A stretch of DNA of 64,000 nt, from contig NZ_DASWTG010000041.1 of the NCBI RefSeq assembly GCF_036402235.1, forward strand, positions 2,381 through 66,380. Reading direction: 5' to 3'. Source of the stretch: Sphingomonas sp. GTDB lineage: Bacteria > Pseudomonadota > Alphaproteobacteria > Sphingomonadales > Sphingomonadaceae. A program made the position numbers and the translations under genes. The notes under the pieces are model-generated. The model was not told the origin of the DNA and ran no database searches. It saw nothing but the letters and a program-made list of their open reading frames with translations. The stretch's first letter is position 1. Each line of letters starts with the position of its first letter. This document shows, one piece after another, positions 49,258-62,057 of the stretch.

Positions 49258-49638
49258 TCAATCCTCCAGCAGCGCCAGGCTTACCTTCGCCGTGCCCGTG
49301 CGGTGCATCCCAATCTCGCGCGCCGCGGCGTGGGAGAGGTCGATCACCCGCCCGCCGCGAAACGGGCCGCGGTCGTTGACTCGCACCACGACGCTCTTGC
49401 CGGTGGTCAGGCTGGTGACGCGGATGCGGCTGCCGAAGGGCGCGGTGCGGTGCGCCGCGGTCAGCGTGTCGGGATCGCAGCGCTCGCCGTTTGCTGTGCG
49501 GTTGCCCTCCATCTCGCGGCTGAAATAGCTCGCCATCCCGCTGCCGAGATCGGCGCCGGCGACATCATCCTCCGCCGCCGCGGTCGGTGCCGCCAGTGCC
49601 AGCGCCAGCGCGCCGAAGAATAGACCCCGCATCCCCAT
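49258..49638 (-). CDS. rlpA: Septal ring lytic transglycosylase RlpA family
   Basis: GMASYF, TANGE, TAAHRTAPFG, VRVNDRGPF, RVIDLS; no SPOR domain. Confidence 0.85.
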   Translation of the reverse strand: MGMRGLFFGALALALAAPTAAAEDDVAGADLGSGMASYFSREMEGNRTANGERCDPDTLTAAHRTAPFGSRIRVTSLTTGKSVVVRVNDRGPFRGGRVIDLSHAAAREIGMHRTGTAKVSLALLED

Positions 49639-49740
49639 GTCCCCTTTTGCGGCCATGGATGAACCAGCGCCCGCCCGGACGGGCAAGCGCCACAGCGCTC
49701 GCCCGCGCCAAATCCGCGACCGGTTGCTGGAGCAACCGGC

Positions 49741-53422
<3,682 letters not shown>

Positions 53423-53452
53423 CTATGGATGCATCGCCGCGCACGCCGGATG

Positions 53453-53467
53453 TTAACCATTTTCTAA
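53453..53467. promoter_or_regulatory. CtrA-box-like site
   Basis: TTAA-ccatttt-CTAA in the gyrB/DUF4893 divergent region; an extra GTTAAC half-site lies near 53488. Confidence 0.6.
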
Positions 53468-53524
53468 CGTACTTTGGCGACTGTGCGTTAACTGTACCTT
53501 ATCCCGATGCCGGGGGGCGTCCAT

Positions 53525-54160
53525 ATGCGTAGCGTCATACTCGCTGTCCTTGTCTCGTGCGGCCTCGCCGGCTGCGCCGCGCGGCGCGAAACCGTGGTGG
53601 TCAGCGCTTCGCAAGTCGAGATCGTCGACGATGGCGGCGCCGGGCAGGTGATCCGTCCGGCCGACCAGGCGAAGATCGACGCATTGCCCGCAATCTGGCA
53701 GGCCGCATGGGGCAAGTCGCCCGGACGCGCGCGTTCGCGCGAGGGTGCGCTGCTCGAACCCGCAGCGGCGCTCGATCATCCCGAGCTCAGCCCCGGGTCC
53801 TATAATTGCCGCCTGATCCGGCTCGGCGGCCGGGCCGGCACGCGGCGCGTGCGCAACTTCCCCACGCATTTCTGTTACGTCGGTGCGGCGGACGGCGTGC
53901 TCAACTTCACCAAGCAGACCGGCAGCGAACTGCCCGCGGGGCTGCTCTACAAGACCGGGAAGCGCTATACCTTCGTCGGCGCGCTGCAACGCGCGGAGGG
54001 CGACAATTCGCTGGTCTATGGCGCCGATCAGGCGCGCGACGTCGCCGGAGTGGTCGAGCGGGTCGGCCCGTTTCGCTGGCGCATGGTGATGCCGGTGGGC
54101 GAGCAGGATCTCGACATCCTCGAGCTGACGCCGGTACCGGTCGAGCGCCAGGCGAGCTGA
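53525..54160 (+). CDS. DUF4893-like lipoprotein
   Basis: LAGC lipobox; PGSYNCRLIRLG, KQTGS and GVVERVGPFRWR motifs. Confidence 0.75.
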   Translation: MRSVILAVLVSCGLAGCAARRETVVVSASQVEIVDDGGAGQVIRPADQAKIDALPAIWQAAWGKSPGRARSREGALLEPAAALDHPELSPGSYNCRLIRLGGRAGTRRVRNFPTHFCYVGAADGVLNFTKQTGSELPAGLLYKTGKRYTFVGALQRAEGDNSLVYGADQARDVAGVVERVGPFRWRMVMPVGEQDLDILELTPVPVERQAS

Positions 54161-54163
54161 GCG

Positions 54164-55225
54164 TCAGCTGACGGTCACGACGCCGTCGCGCACCGCGTAG
54201 CGCGTTGCCTGGCCGATCCCGTCGAACAGCTCGGGCTCGGTCCCCGTCATCCACACTTGCCCCCGCCCCGCCAGCCGGTCGAACAGCGCGCGCCTGCGGC
54301 TGGGGTCGAGATGCGCGGCGACCTCGTCGAGCAGCAGGATCGGCGCGCGGCCTGTGCGGTCGGCGACCAGCTCGGCATGCGCGAGCACGATGCCGAGCAG
54401 CAGCGCCTTCTGCTCGCCGGTCGAGCAGAGCTGCGCGGGCTGATCCTTCCCCAGATGCGTGACGTTGAGGTCCTGCCGGTGCGGCCCCACCAGCGTCCGC
54501 CCCGCAGCGGCATCGCGTGCGCGGCCCGCGCGCAGCGCCTGCGCCAGATCGGTCACCGTCTCGCCCTCCAGCGCCAACCCCGCCCGCGCGAACGGCCCCT
54601 CGGGCTGGTCCGCCAGCCGCGCCGCCAGCGCCTCGACCGCCCCCCGCCGTGCCGCGTCGATCGCTACGCCATGCTCGGCCATGCGCGCCTCCAGCGCAGT
54701 CAGCCAGTCGGGATCGGCGGGCTCGTCCGCCGCGAGCAGCCGGTTGCGCTCGCGCATCGCCGCCTCGTAGCGCGCGCTGTGATGGGCGTGGCCCGGCGCC
54801 AGCGCCAGCGTCAGCCGGTCGAGAAAGCGCCGCCGCTCGCTCGCCGGCTCGACGAACAGCCGGTCCATCGCCGGGGTCAGCCACAGCACGGTGAGCCATT
54901 CGGCAAGGCTCGCCGCCGCCGCCGCCGCGCCGTTGACCCGCACCACGCGCCGCTCGGGCGCCGAGCCTTGCGTGCCCGTCCCGATCTCGATCCCCTCGGC
55001 CAGCGTCGCCGCCACCGCGAACCCGCCGCTGCCGCCCTGCCGTGCGATCTCGGGCAGCGGCGCGCGGCGCAATCCGCGTCCGGGCGCGAGCAGCGACACC
55101 GCCTCCAGCACATTGGTCTTGCCCGCACCATTGTCCCCGGTCAGCACCACGAACCCCGCGCCGGGCGTCAGCGCTGCGGCCGCGTGATTGCGGAAATCGG
55201 TGAGGAGAAGGCGGGCAAGGGCCAT
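54164..55225 (-). CDS. recF: DNA replication/repair protein RecF
   Basis: [40 protein letters not shown]. Confidence 0.96.
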   Translation of the reverse strand: MALARLLLTDFRNHAAAALTPGAGFVVLTGDNGAGKTNVLEAVSLLAPGRGLRRAPLPEIARQGGSGGFAVAATLAEGIEIGTGTQGSAPERRVVRVNGAAAAAASLAEWLTVLWLTPAMDRLFVEPASERRRFLDRLTLALAPGHAHHSARYEAAMRERNRLLAADEPADPDWLTALEARMAEHGVAIDAARRGAVEALAARLADQPEGPFARAGLALEGETVTDLAQALRAGRARDAAAGRTLVGPHRQDLNVTHLGKDQPAQLCSTGEQKALLLGIVLAHAELVADRTGRAPILLLDEVAAHLDPSRRRALFDRLAGRGQVWMTGTEPELFDGIGQATRYAVRDGVVTVS

Positions 55226-55272
55226 CCGACCGCCTCTAGCCGCGTGGCAGGGTAGGGGGAAGTACGACCATC

Positions 55273-55350
55273 AATCCTCCCCCGCCAGGGGGGCATGCGA
55301 AGCATGACGGGAGGGGGCGGACGGCGACCAGCGAGCGGTGGGGGAGGATT
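55273..55350. repeat. CIR/MITE-like element, copy 6 (strongly shortened)
   Basis: aatcctcccccgccagggggg...gggggaggatt. Confidence 0.8.
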
Positions 55351-55359
55351 GGTCCAGTT

Positions 55360-55713
55360 CTAGTCGGCCACCCGCCCCACGCGCACCAGCACCCCGTCGG
55401 GATCGCTCACCGCGAATTCATAGCATCCCCATGGCTTGAGGTGCGGTGCGTCCGGCTCGATGATCGCTTCGCGCACCCGGTCCGCCACCGCATCGACATC
55501 GTCTACATAGAGGTACAGGCCGAACGGATTGTGCGGCGCTTGCAGCTTCGACATGTCCTCGGCGCGCAGATGCAGGTCCCAGCCCTTGCCGTCGGTCAGG
55601 ATGCGATAATCGCCATAGTCGCTCTCCAGGCTCAGGCCGAGCCGCTCGTAAAAGGCCTGGCTGCGGTCGAGGTCCTGGCACGGCAGGATCGCGGTGACGC
55701 GGTGTTCGCCCAT
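55360..55713 (-). CDS. VOC/glyoxalase-bleomycin resistance family protein
   Basis: [32 protein letters not shown]; start at ATG 55713. Confidence 0.88.
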   Translation of the reverse strand: MGEHRVTAILPCQDLDRSQAFYERLGLSLESDYGDYRILTDGKGWDLHLRAEDMSKLQAPHNPFGLYLYVDDVDAVADRVREAIIEPDAPHLKPWGCYEFAVSDPDGVLVRVGRVAD

Positions 55714-55798
55714 GGTCTCGTCTGCCTTCTTGCCTATATCGCTGTCGCGCGGGCATAAGCCGCGCTCCGACGACCTCCTAGCAGAAAGCACCGATCCC

Positions 55799-57799
55799 GT
55801 GTCCGAGATGTTCCGAATTACGCTGCCCGACGGTTCCGTCCGCGAGGTAGCCCCGGGGACTACCCCGGCGGACATCGCCGCGGCGATCGGTCCGGGCCTC
55901 GCCAAGGCCGCAATCGCTGCACGCGTCGACGGCGAGCTGCGCGACATCACCCGCTCGCTGGAGGGCGACTCCAATCTCGCGCTGGTGACGTCCAGGGACG
56001 AGGCCGACGCGCTCGAGCTCGCCCGCCACGACTATGCGCACGTCCTCGCCGAGGCGGTGCAGGCGCTGTGGCCTGGCACGCAGATCACCTTCGGCCCGGC
56101 GACCGACGACGGCTTCTATTACGACGTGATGGCCCCGGCCTCGCGCGAGCCCTTCTCGATGGACGATCTGCCCGCGATCGAGGAGAAGATGCGCGAGATC
56201 ATCCGCGCCGACAAGCCGCTCCGCCGCGAAGTGTGGAGCCGCCAGGCGCTGATCGAGAAGTGGGAGACCGAGGGCGAGAGCTTCAAGGCCGAATGGGCCA
56301 GGGAGCTGCCCGAGGGCGAGGAGCTGACGGTCTATTGGTCGGGCAGCGATTGGCTCGACATGTGCCGCGGCCCGCACCTCGCCTCGACCGGCAAGCTCGA
56401 TCCGCAGGCGTTCAAGCTGATGCGCGTCGCGGGCGCCTATTGGCGCGGCGACCAGCGCAACGCCCAGCTCACGCGCATCTACGGCACCGGCTGGCTCAAC
56501 AAGAAGCAGCTCGACGCGCATCTTCACAAGCTCGAGGAAGCCGCCAAGCGCGACCATCGCAAGCTCGGGCAGGAGATGGACCTGTTCCACCTCCAGGCGG
56601 AGGCGCATGGCAGCGTCTTCTGGCACCCCAAGGGCTATATGATCTGGCGCGAGCTCGAGGCCTATATGCGCCGCGCGATCGATGGCGCGGGCTATCGCGA
56701 GGTCAAGACGCCGCAGGTGATGGACGCGCGCCAGTGGGAGGCGTCGGGCCATTGGGGCAAGTATCGCGAGAATATGTTCGTCATCCCTGACGAGGTGCCG
56801 AACGTCGAAGAGGAGGGCCCCCTCGTCTCGAACGACGCCGACTGGATGGCGCTCAAGCCGATGAACTGCCCGGCGCACATCCTGATCTTCAAGCAGGGGA
56901 TCAAGTCGTACCGCGACCTGCCGCTGCGCCTCTACGAGAATGGCTGCTGCCACCGCAACGAGCCGCACGGCGCGCTCCACGGCCTGATGCGCGTGCGCCA
57001 GTTCACCCAGGACGATGCGCACATCTTCTGCCGCGAGGACCAGATCGTCGACGAGGTCCAGGCCTTCTGCCGCCTCGCCGACCGCATCTACAAGGATTTC
57101 GGCTTCACCTATTCGATCAAGCTCGCGCTGCGCCCGGAGAAGCGCTTCGGCACCGAGGCGATGTGGGACCAGGCCGAGGCGGAGTTGCGCGACGCCGTGG
57201 TCCGCGCCGGCCTTGCTACGCAAGAATATGGCTGGGAGGAACTGCCGGGCGAGGGCGCTTTCTACGCGCCCAAGCTCGAATGGCATCTCACCGACGCGAT
57301 CGGTCGCACCTGGCAGGTCGGCACGATCCAGTCGGACCGCGTGCTGCCCGAGCGGCTCGACGCAACCTATGTCGGCGAGGATGGCGAGCGCCACCGCCCG
57401 GTGATGCTCCACCGCGCGATCTTCGGCTCGTACGAGCGCTTCATCGGCATCCTGATCGAGCATTTCGCCGGCCGCCTGCCCGCCTGGCTCGCGCCGACCC
57501 AGGCGGTGGTCGCGACGATCGTCTCCGACGCCGACGACTATGCGAAGGATGCCGTGGCGCAGCTCAAGGCCGCGGGCATCCGCGCCGACAGCGATCTGCG
57601 CAACGAGAAGATCAACTACAAGGTGCGCGAGCATTCGCTGGCGAAGGTCCCGCACCTGCTGGTGGTCGGCAAGCGCGAGGCGGAGGAAGGCACCGTCGCC
57701 ATCCGCACCCTCGGCGTCGAGGGCCAGCGCGTGATCCCGCTCGCCGAGGCGATCGCCTGGCTCAAGGGCGAGGGCACGCCGCCGGATCTGCGGGGATGA
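55799..57799 (+). CDS. thrS: Threonine--tRNA ligase
   Basis: TGS domain, RHDYAH, DMCRGPH, RDHRKLG, KPMNCP, FYAPK, MLHRA; GTG 55799 or ATG 55808 start. Confidence 0.98.
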   Translation: MSEMFRITLPDGSVREVAPGTTPADIAAAIGPGLAKAAIAARVDGELRDITRSLEGDSNLALVTSRDEADALELARHDYAHVLAEAVQALWPGTQITFGPATDDGFYYDVMAPASREPFSMDDLPAIEEKMREIIRADKPLRREVWSRQALIEKWETEGESFKAEWARELPEGEELTVYWSGSDWLDMCRGPHLASTGKLDPQAFKLMRVAGAYWRGDQRNAQLTRIYGTGWLNKKQLDAHLHKLEEAAKRDHRKLGQEMDLFHLQAEAHGSVFWHPKGYMIWRELEAYMRRAIDGAGYREVKTPQVMDARQWEASGHWGKYRENMFVIPDEVPNVEEEGPLVSNDADWMALKPMNCPAHILIFKQGIKSYRDLPLRLYENGCCHRNEPHGALHGLMRVRQFTQDDAHIFCREDQIVDEVQAFCRLADRIYKDFGFTYSIKLALRPEKRFGTEAMWDQAEAELRDAVVRAGLATQEYGWEELPGEGAFYAPKLEWHLTDAIGRTWQVGTIQSDRVLPERLDATYVGEDGERHRPVMLHRAIFGSYERFIGILIEHFAGRLPAWLAPTQAVVATIVSDADDYAKDAVAQLKAAGIRADSDLRNEKINYKVREHSLAKVPHLLVVGKREAEEGTVAIRTLGVEGQRVIPLAEAIAWLKGEGTPPDLRG

Positions 57800-58458
57800 A
57801 TTTCCACGCTGCCATCGGCCGCCACGGTGCGGGCGAGCGGCTGGCGCGGCACCGGCATGCGCAGGGCTATGTCGCGGTCGTACTGGCGGGCGGCTATCTC
57901 GAAGCAGGCGAGCGCGGCCGTATTCGCGCGCAGGCGGGGATGGCGGTGGTCCATCACGACTGGTCGGCGCATCAGGACGGATTCGGCGCGAAGGGCGCGC
58001 AGGTGCTCAACCTGCCGCTGCCCGCTGGCCTCACCGAGGGCCCGGTGCGGCTCGCCGATCCGGACGCGGTCGCGCGCCTCGCCGAACGCGATCCGCTGGC
58101 CGCGGCCGAGCTGGTCCGCGATATCGCAACCGCGGTCACGACGACTCCCGGCGATTGGCCCGATCTCCTCGCCGCGGCGCTGGACCGCGATCCTTCGCTC
58201 CCGATTGCCACATGGGCCGAGGCCGCGGGTCTCGATCCCGCCTCGGTGAGCCGCGGCTTCGCGCGCGCCTATGGCGTAAGCCCCAAGCGCTTCCGGCTCG
58301 AGTCGCGCACCCGCGGTGCGGTTCGCGCGCTCGTCGGCTGGCGCGGCACGCTCGCCGCGCTGGCGGCCGAGCATGGCTTCGCCGATCAGGCGCATCTCGC
58401 CCGCGCTGCGCTGGCGATGACGGGGCGCACGCCGTCGCAGCTGCGGGCGGTGAGCTAG
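57796..58458 (+). CDS. Short AraC-family transcriptional regulator
   Basis: ATG overlapping the thrS TGA; cupin-like H-x-H N-terminus; HTH with [10 protein letters not shown]. Confidence 0.85.
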   Translation: MNFHAAIGRHGAGERLARHRHAQGYVAVVLAGGYLEAGERGRIRAQAGMAVVHHDWSAHQDGFGAKGAQVLNLPLPAGLTEGPVRLADPDAVARLAERDPLAAAELVRDIATAVTTTPGDWPDLLAAALDRDPSLPIATWAEAAGLDPASVSRGFARAYGVSPKRFRLESRTRGAVRALVGWRGTLAALAAEHGFADQAHLARAALAMTGRTPSQLRAVS

Positions 58459-58481
58459 GCCCAAAGACACCTGTCTTCATC

Positions 58482-58577
58482 CGTCATCCCCGCGCAGGCG
58501 GGAATCCATTCTGGCTGGCCGACCGGATCGAGCCGTCACATCAGCCTCAATGGATCCCCGCCTGCGCGGGGATGACG
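58482..58577. repeat. CGTC-tagged REP doublet (cgcgcaggcggga subtype)
   Basis: cgtcatccccgcgcaggcgggaatccatt...aatggatccccgcctgcgcggggatgacg. Confidence 0.9.
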
Positions 58578-58659
58578 AAGTGGGGATGGTCGCCAATCCG
58601 GCGCCCTGCGGCAAAGTCCGTTCAAGCCGGGGGCGGTGCCATAGGCTACCAACACAGTC

Positions 58660-59805
58660 ATGGACCGCCGCCTCTTCCTCGCCGCCGCGCTGGGCTCGCT
58701 CGCCGCCGCCCGCGCCATTCGCCCCGCTGCCGCGCAGGCCGCGCCACCCGTCACCCGCTGGAGAGTCGGGACGTCGGAAGGGCATGACGCCTTTGCCTTT
58801 CTCGGCCCGCTCTCGGGCGAACCGCTCTACCAGCGCTACTACGCCGCCGATGCCGCCGCCTTCGCGCCCAGGCTGCCCGAAGCGATTCGCGCCGACATCC
58901 CGAAGCTTTGGAAGGAGGCGGGCAAGGATTACGGCCTGCTCGGTCCCAATCTGTCGACGACCTGCTCCGGCGCGGACGTCGCCACGCTCGACGCGGTGAT
59001 CGCGAACTTCGCCGATCTCGAGGGCCGCGTGCGTCCCCGCTATCAGGCGAGCCCTTATTGGGATGCCAAGGACTGGGCCTGGCTCACCGCCAACGCCCCG
59101 CGCCTGGGCGCGGTGTTCGCGGCGATGCGCGACGCCGGCTTCGCCGCCTTTCGCGCCGAACGCACCGCCGGGATCGAAATGCGCGCCGCAGAGATCGCCC
59201 GCGCGCTCGCCAGCTACGATGTCGTGCAGTGGCAGCGCAAGCTCACCGGCCGCGCCTTCGAGACGGAGATCGCGATCGTGCTGCTGCAATTCTCCAAGCC
59301 GCACGGCATCAAGGTGCAGGGCCAGACGTTCCTTCAATCCGCCGACTATGACGTCGCGCTCACCGTGCGCATCGCCGCGCACGAGATGCTGCACCCGCCG
59401 GTGCCGATGGACGGCGCGGCGGCCAAGGCGGCGATGGCCGTGCTCGAGCGTGATGCGCTGATGATGCGAATCGTCCGCGAGCATGATCCGCGCTGGGGCT
59501 ACACCACGCTCGAAGGCTATCTGAACGAGGATCTGTGCGAGGCGCTCGACCAGCTGATCAGCGAGGCGCTCGGCGTCGCGCGCAACCCCGCCGACCGCTG
59601 GCGCAAGGCCGATGACGGGATGCATGTCCTTGCGGCCGGCCTTTACGGCCTGCTCCGCCAGGACAAATGGGCCGAGACCGGCGGCGATATCGGGCAGTGG
59701 CTCGCGAAAGCCGTCGCCGCGGGCCGACTCGCGCCGCGGGTGTTGCATCCGGTCGCGGCGCGGGTGCTCGAACGGCCGGTCGATCGCCTCTGGCCGCTTG
59801 CGTGA
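58660..59805 (+). CDS. Tat-exported putative zinc metallopeptidase (HExxH)
   Basis: MDRRLFL twin-arginine leader; AHEMLH followed by EGYLNE. Confidence 0.7.
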   Translation: MDRRLFLAAALGSLAAARAIRPAAAQAAPPVTRWRVGTSEGHDAFAFLGPLSGEPLYQRYYAADAAAFAPRLPEAIRADIPKLWKEAGKDYGLLGPNLSTTCSGADVATLDAVIANFADLEGRVRPRYQASPYWDAKDWAWLTANAPRLGAVFAAMRDAGFAAFRAERTAGIEMRAAEIARALASYDVVQWQRKLTGRAFETEIAIVLLQFSKPHGIKVQGQTFLQSADYDVALTVRIAAHEMLHPPVPMDGAAAKAAMAVLERDALMMRIVREHDPRWGYTTLEGYLNEDLCEALDQLISEALGVARNPADRWRKADDGMHVLAAGLYGLLRQDKWAETGGDIGQWLAKAVAAGRLAPRVLHPVAARVLERPVDRLWPLA

Positions 59806-59944
59806 GCCGGCCTGACCGCCCATATCAGCGTAGCGCCCGCGCCACAGCGTGTGGCTATTTCGTCAGGATTGGTGCGGCGGGGCTACCCCGCAGCGCCGTC
59901 CTGCGCTATCCTGCGCATCTGTAACTGTAACAGGAGCTGTTCCT

Positions 59945-60490
59945 ATACGTCCTCCCATGTCCCGGCGCGGGTTCGCGCCCCCGGTGCCTACCGGCCCGCG
60001 CTTCAACGAATTCATCCAGTCGCCCAAGGTCCGCGTGATCGACCATGAGGGCGAGAATCTGGGCGTGATGTACACCCGCGAGGCGATGGAGCAGGCGCAG
60101 GAACTGGGCCTCGACCTGGTCGAGGTGTCGCCCAACGCCGATCCACCCGTCGCCAAGTTCCTCGATGTCGGCAAGTACAAGTACGAGGCGCAGAAAAAGG
60201 CGAACCTCGCGCGCAAGTCGCAGAAGACGCAGGAGATCAAGGAGATCAAGATGCGTCCGAACATCGACGACCACGACTACGACACCAAGATGAAGGCGGT
60301 CCACAAGTTCATCGGTGAGGGCGACAAGGTGAAGATCACCCTGCGCTTTCGCGGTCGTGAGCTGTCGCACGGCCAGCTCGGCATGAACCTGTTGAAGCGC
60401 GTCCAGGAGGATTGCGCCGAGGATGCCAAGGTCGAGTCCTATCCGCGCATGGAAGGCCGCCAGATGCTGATGGTGCTGGCGCCGAAATAG
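59945..60490 (+). CDS. infC: Translation initiation factor IF-3, ATA start
   Basis: [45 protein letters not shown]; AGGAG SD 8 nt before ATA. Confidence 0.96.
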   Translation: MRPPMSRRGFAPPVPTGPRFNEFIQSPKVRVIDHEGENLGVMYTREAMEQAQELGLDLVEVSPNADPPVAKFLDVGKYKYEAQKKANLARKSQKTQEIKEIKMRPNIDDHDYDTKMKAVHKFIGEGDKVKITLRFRGRELSHGQLGMNLLKRVQEDCAEDAKVESYPRMEGRQMLMVLAPK

Positions 60491-60508
60491 GAGGGCGGAA
60501 GGAGGGGG

Positions 60509-60985
60509 ATGATGGGCGACGTTCTCGACAAGTTTTTCGCGCAGGCACGCGAAGTGCAGTTCGGGGACCGCGACGAGATTTCCCTTACTCCCGAGGAAAT
60601 CTACCAGATCGTATCGAATAATGCGGTCCGTGCCCGGTTCATTCTGCGCTTTGCCAAGGAAGCGCAGAGTGAGGAGTTGCGGACGCTGATTCGTCTCTAT
60701 CTGCAAAGCATCGCCTCGAAGGAGGAGGAAATTGCGGCCGAGATGCGAATCGATGCCGATGGCGTGGAGCGTTATGTCGGGCGGGTAGGCATTGGCGGCG
60801 CCGGTGCCGGGATCGTAATGATTGTTTCGACCGGCGGGACCGGCGCCGTGATCTTGGTCGGCGGCGGTCTGGTGGCGATGGCTGCCAGCGGCTACACGTC
60901 GAACCGATTGCGCAAGCGCGCGTTGAAGCGTGAGACGCTGGCGAAGCGAATTCGCGAAACCCTCGAGGAGATCGCCGATGATTGA
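60509..60985 (+). CDS. Hypothetical protein with glycine-zipper hydrophobic hairpin
   Basis: AGGAGG SD; GRVGIGGAGAGIV...GGTGAVILVGGGLV; lower-GC codon usage. Confidence 0.7.
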   Translation: MMGDVLDKFFAQAREVQFGDRDEISLTPEEIYQIVSNNAVRARFILRFAKEAQSEELRTLIRLYLQSIASKEEEIAAEMRIDADGVERYVGRVGIGGAGAGIVMIVSTGGTGAVILVGGGLVAMAASGYTSNRLRKRALKRETLAKRIRETLEEIADD

Positions 60986-61181
60986 ATGGCTGGCCAGTGC
61001 CAATGCCGATCAGGTCGCGGCGATTCTCGGGCTGCTCCTTGGCCTCTGGGGCGTCGGGTCTTCGCTTTGGCGCCTCGCCGATACCAGCCGGCGAGAAGTC
61101 CTCGCCTTGGCCGCGGTGTCGGCAGGATTGGTGCTGCTCGCGCGGGATCGGCGTCGCGATCGAGGCGAATCGCTTAACTGA
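60978..61181 (+). CDS. Small 2-TM membrane protein (67 aa)
   Basis: ATG 60978 with GAGGAG SD, overlapping the upstream stop; MIEWLASANADQVAAILGLLLGLWGVG...EVLALAAVSAGLVLL, basic tail. Confidence 0.6.
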   Translation: MIEWLASANADQVAAILGLLLGLWGVGSSLWRLADTSRREVLALAAVSAGLVLLARDRRRDRGESLN

Positions 61182-61560
61182 CGGCCGGCGGCTCCCACAA
61201 TTCGATCGCATTGCCCTCGGGATCGTGGATTCGCGCGAACTTGCCGGTCTCCGGCGTATCCCATTCGTCCTTGGTGATGATCGCGACGCCCGCCGCGTTG
61301 AGCTGCTCGAGCATGCCCTCGAGGTCACTGACGCGCAGATTGATCAGGAACTGCTTGTCGGCGGCGAAATAGTCGGTGTCGGCCTTGAACGGCGCGAACA
61401 CCATCGGCCCGCCCTGCGTCTGCCAGAACCAGTCGTCGGGGTCGCCCGCACCCTCGGCATTGCACTCCGCGCCGATGTTCAGGTGATCGCGATACCATGC
61501 GGTCAGTGCGTCGGGATCCTTCGCGCGAAAGAAGAACCCGCCCATGCCGAGTACGCCCAT
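61174..61560 (-). CDS. VOC family protein
   Basis: MGGFFFRAKDP, INLRVSDL, RIHDPEGNAIELWEP. Confidence 0.88.
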   Translation of the reverse strand: MGVLGMGGFFFRAKDPDALTAWYRDHLNIGAECNAEGAGDPDDWFWQTQGGPMVFAPFKADTDYFAADKQFLINLRVSDLEGMLEQLNAAGVAIITKDEWDTPETGKFARIHDPEGNAIELWEPPAVS

Positions 61561-61619
61561 CGTCCGCTCCCTTGCGATTGAGGGGGCAGCTTAGGCGCTG
61601 TCGGCAATGGTGGCCAGCG

Positions 61620-61991
61620 TCAGCGCTGGCGCATCTCGATCACGCGCCATTCGCCCTCGATCCGGCACGCTGTGCCATCGACCGCGCCCTGCGCGAACGG
61701 GCGGCAGCTGCGCCCCGCCTTGTCGGTGAAGCCCTTGCCGACGGTCGGACCGTGCTCGCGACCACCGGTCGACGGGTCGTCCAGCACCTGCTGGAGTCGC
61801 CCGCTCGCCATCAGCGTGCCGCCGTGGAAGGTGACCGGCGAACCCGGCTCAGCCCAGATGCTGAGCGTGATGAAGACACCGAACCCCATAACCGCCAGCG
61901 CCGCTGCCCATCTGACCCAGCGGTTGCGGAAGCTGTGCAGCCACCCCGAACGGGCAGGGGTTTCGGATGCGTCGAGAATGTGGGTTGGCAT
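61620..61991 (-). CDS. Membrane protein resembling the periplasmic domain of the anti-sigma factor at 1-697
   Basis: One TM helix, then GTLMASGRL...GFTDKAGRSCRPF...GTACRIEGEWR. Confidence 0.7.
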   Translation of the reverse strand: MPTHILDASETPARSGWLHSFRNRWVRWAAALAVMGFGVFITLSIWAEPGSPVTFHGGTLMASGRLQQVLDDPSTGGREHGPTVGKGFTDKAGRSCRPFAQGAVDGTACRIEGEWRVIEMRQR

Positions 61992-62057
61992 GGCAGCGCT
62001 TCCGGAAACGGTGTCTTGACTAACTAAATCACCAGTAGCGGGATTGCAACGTCGTGC

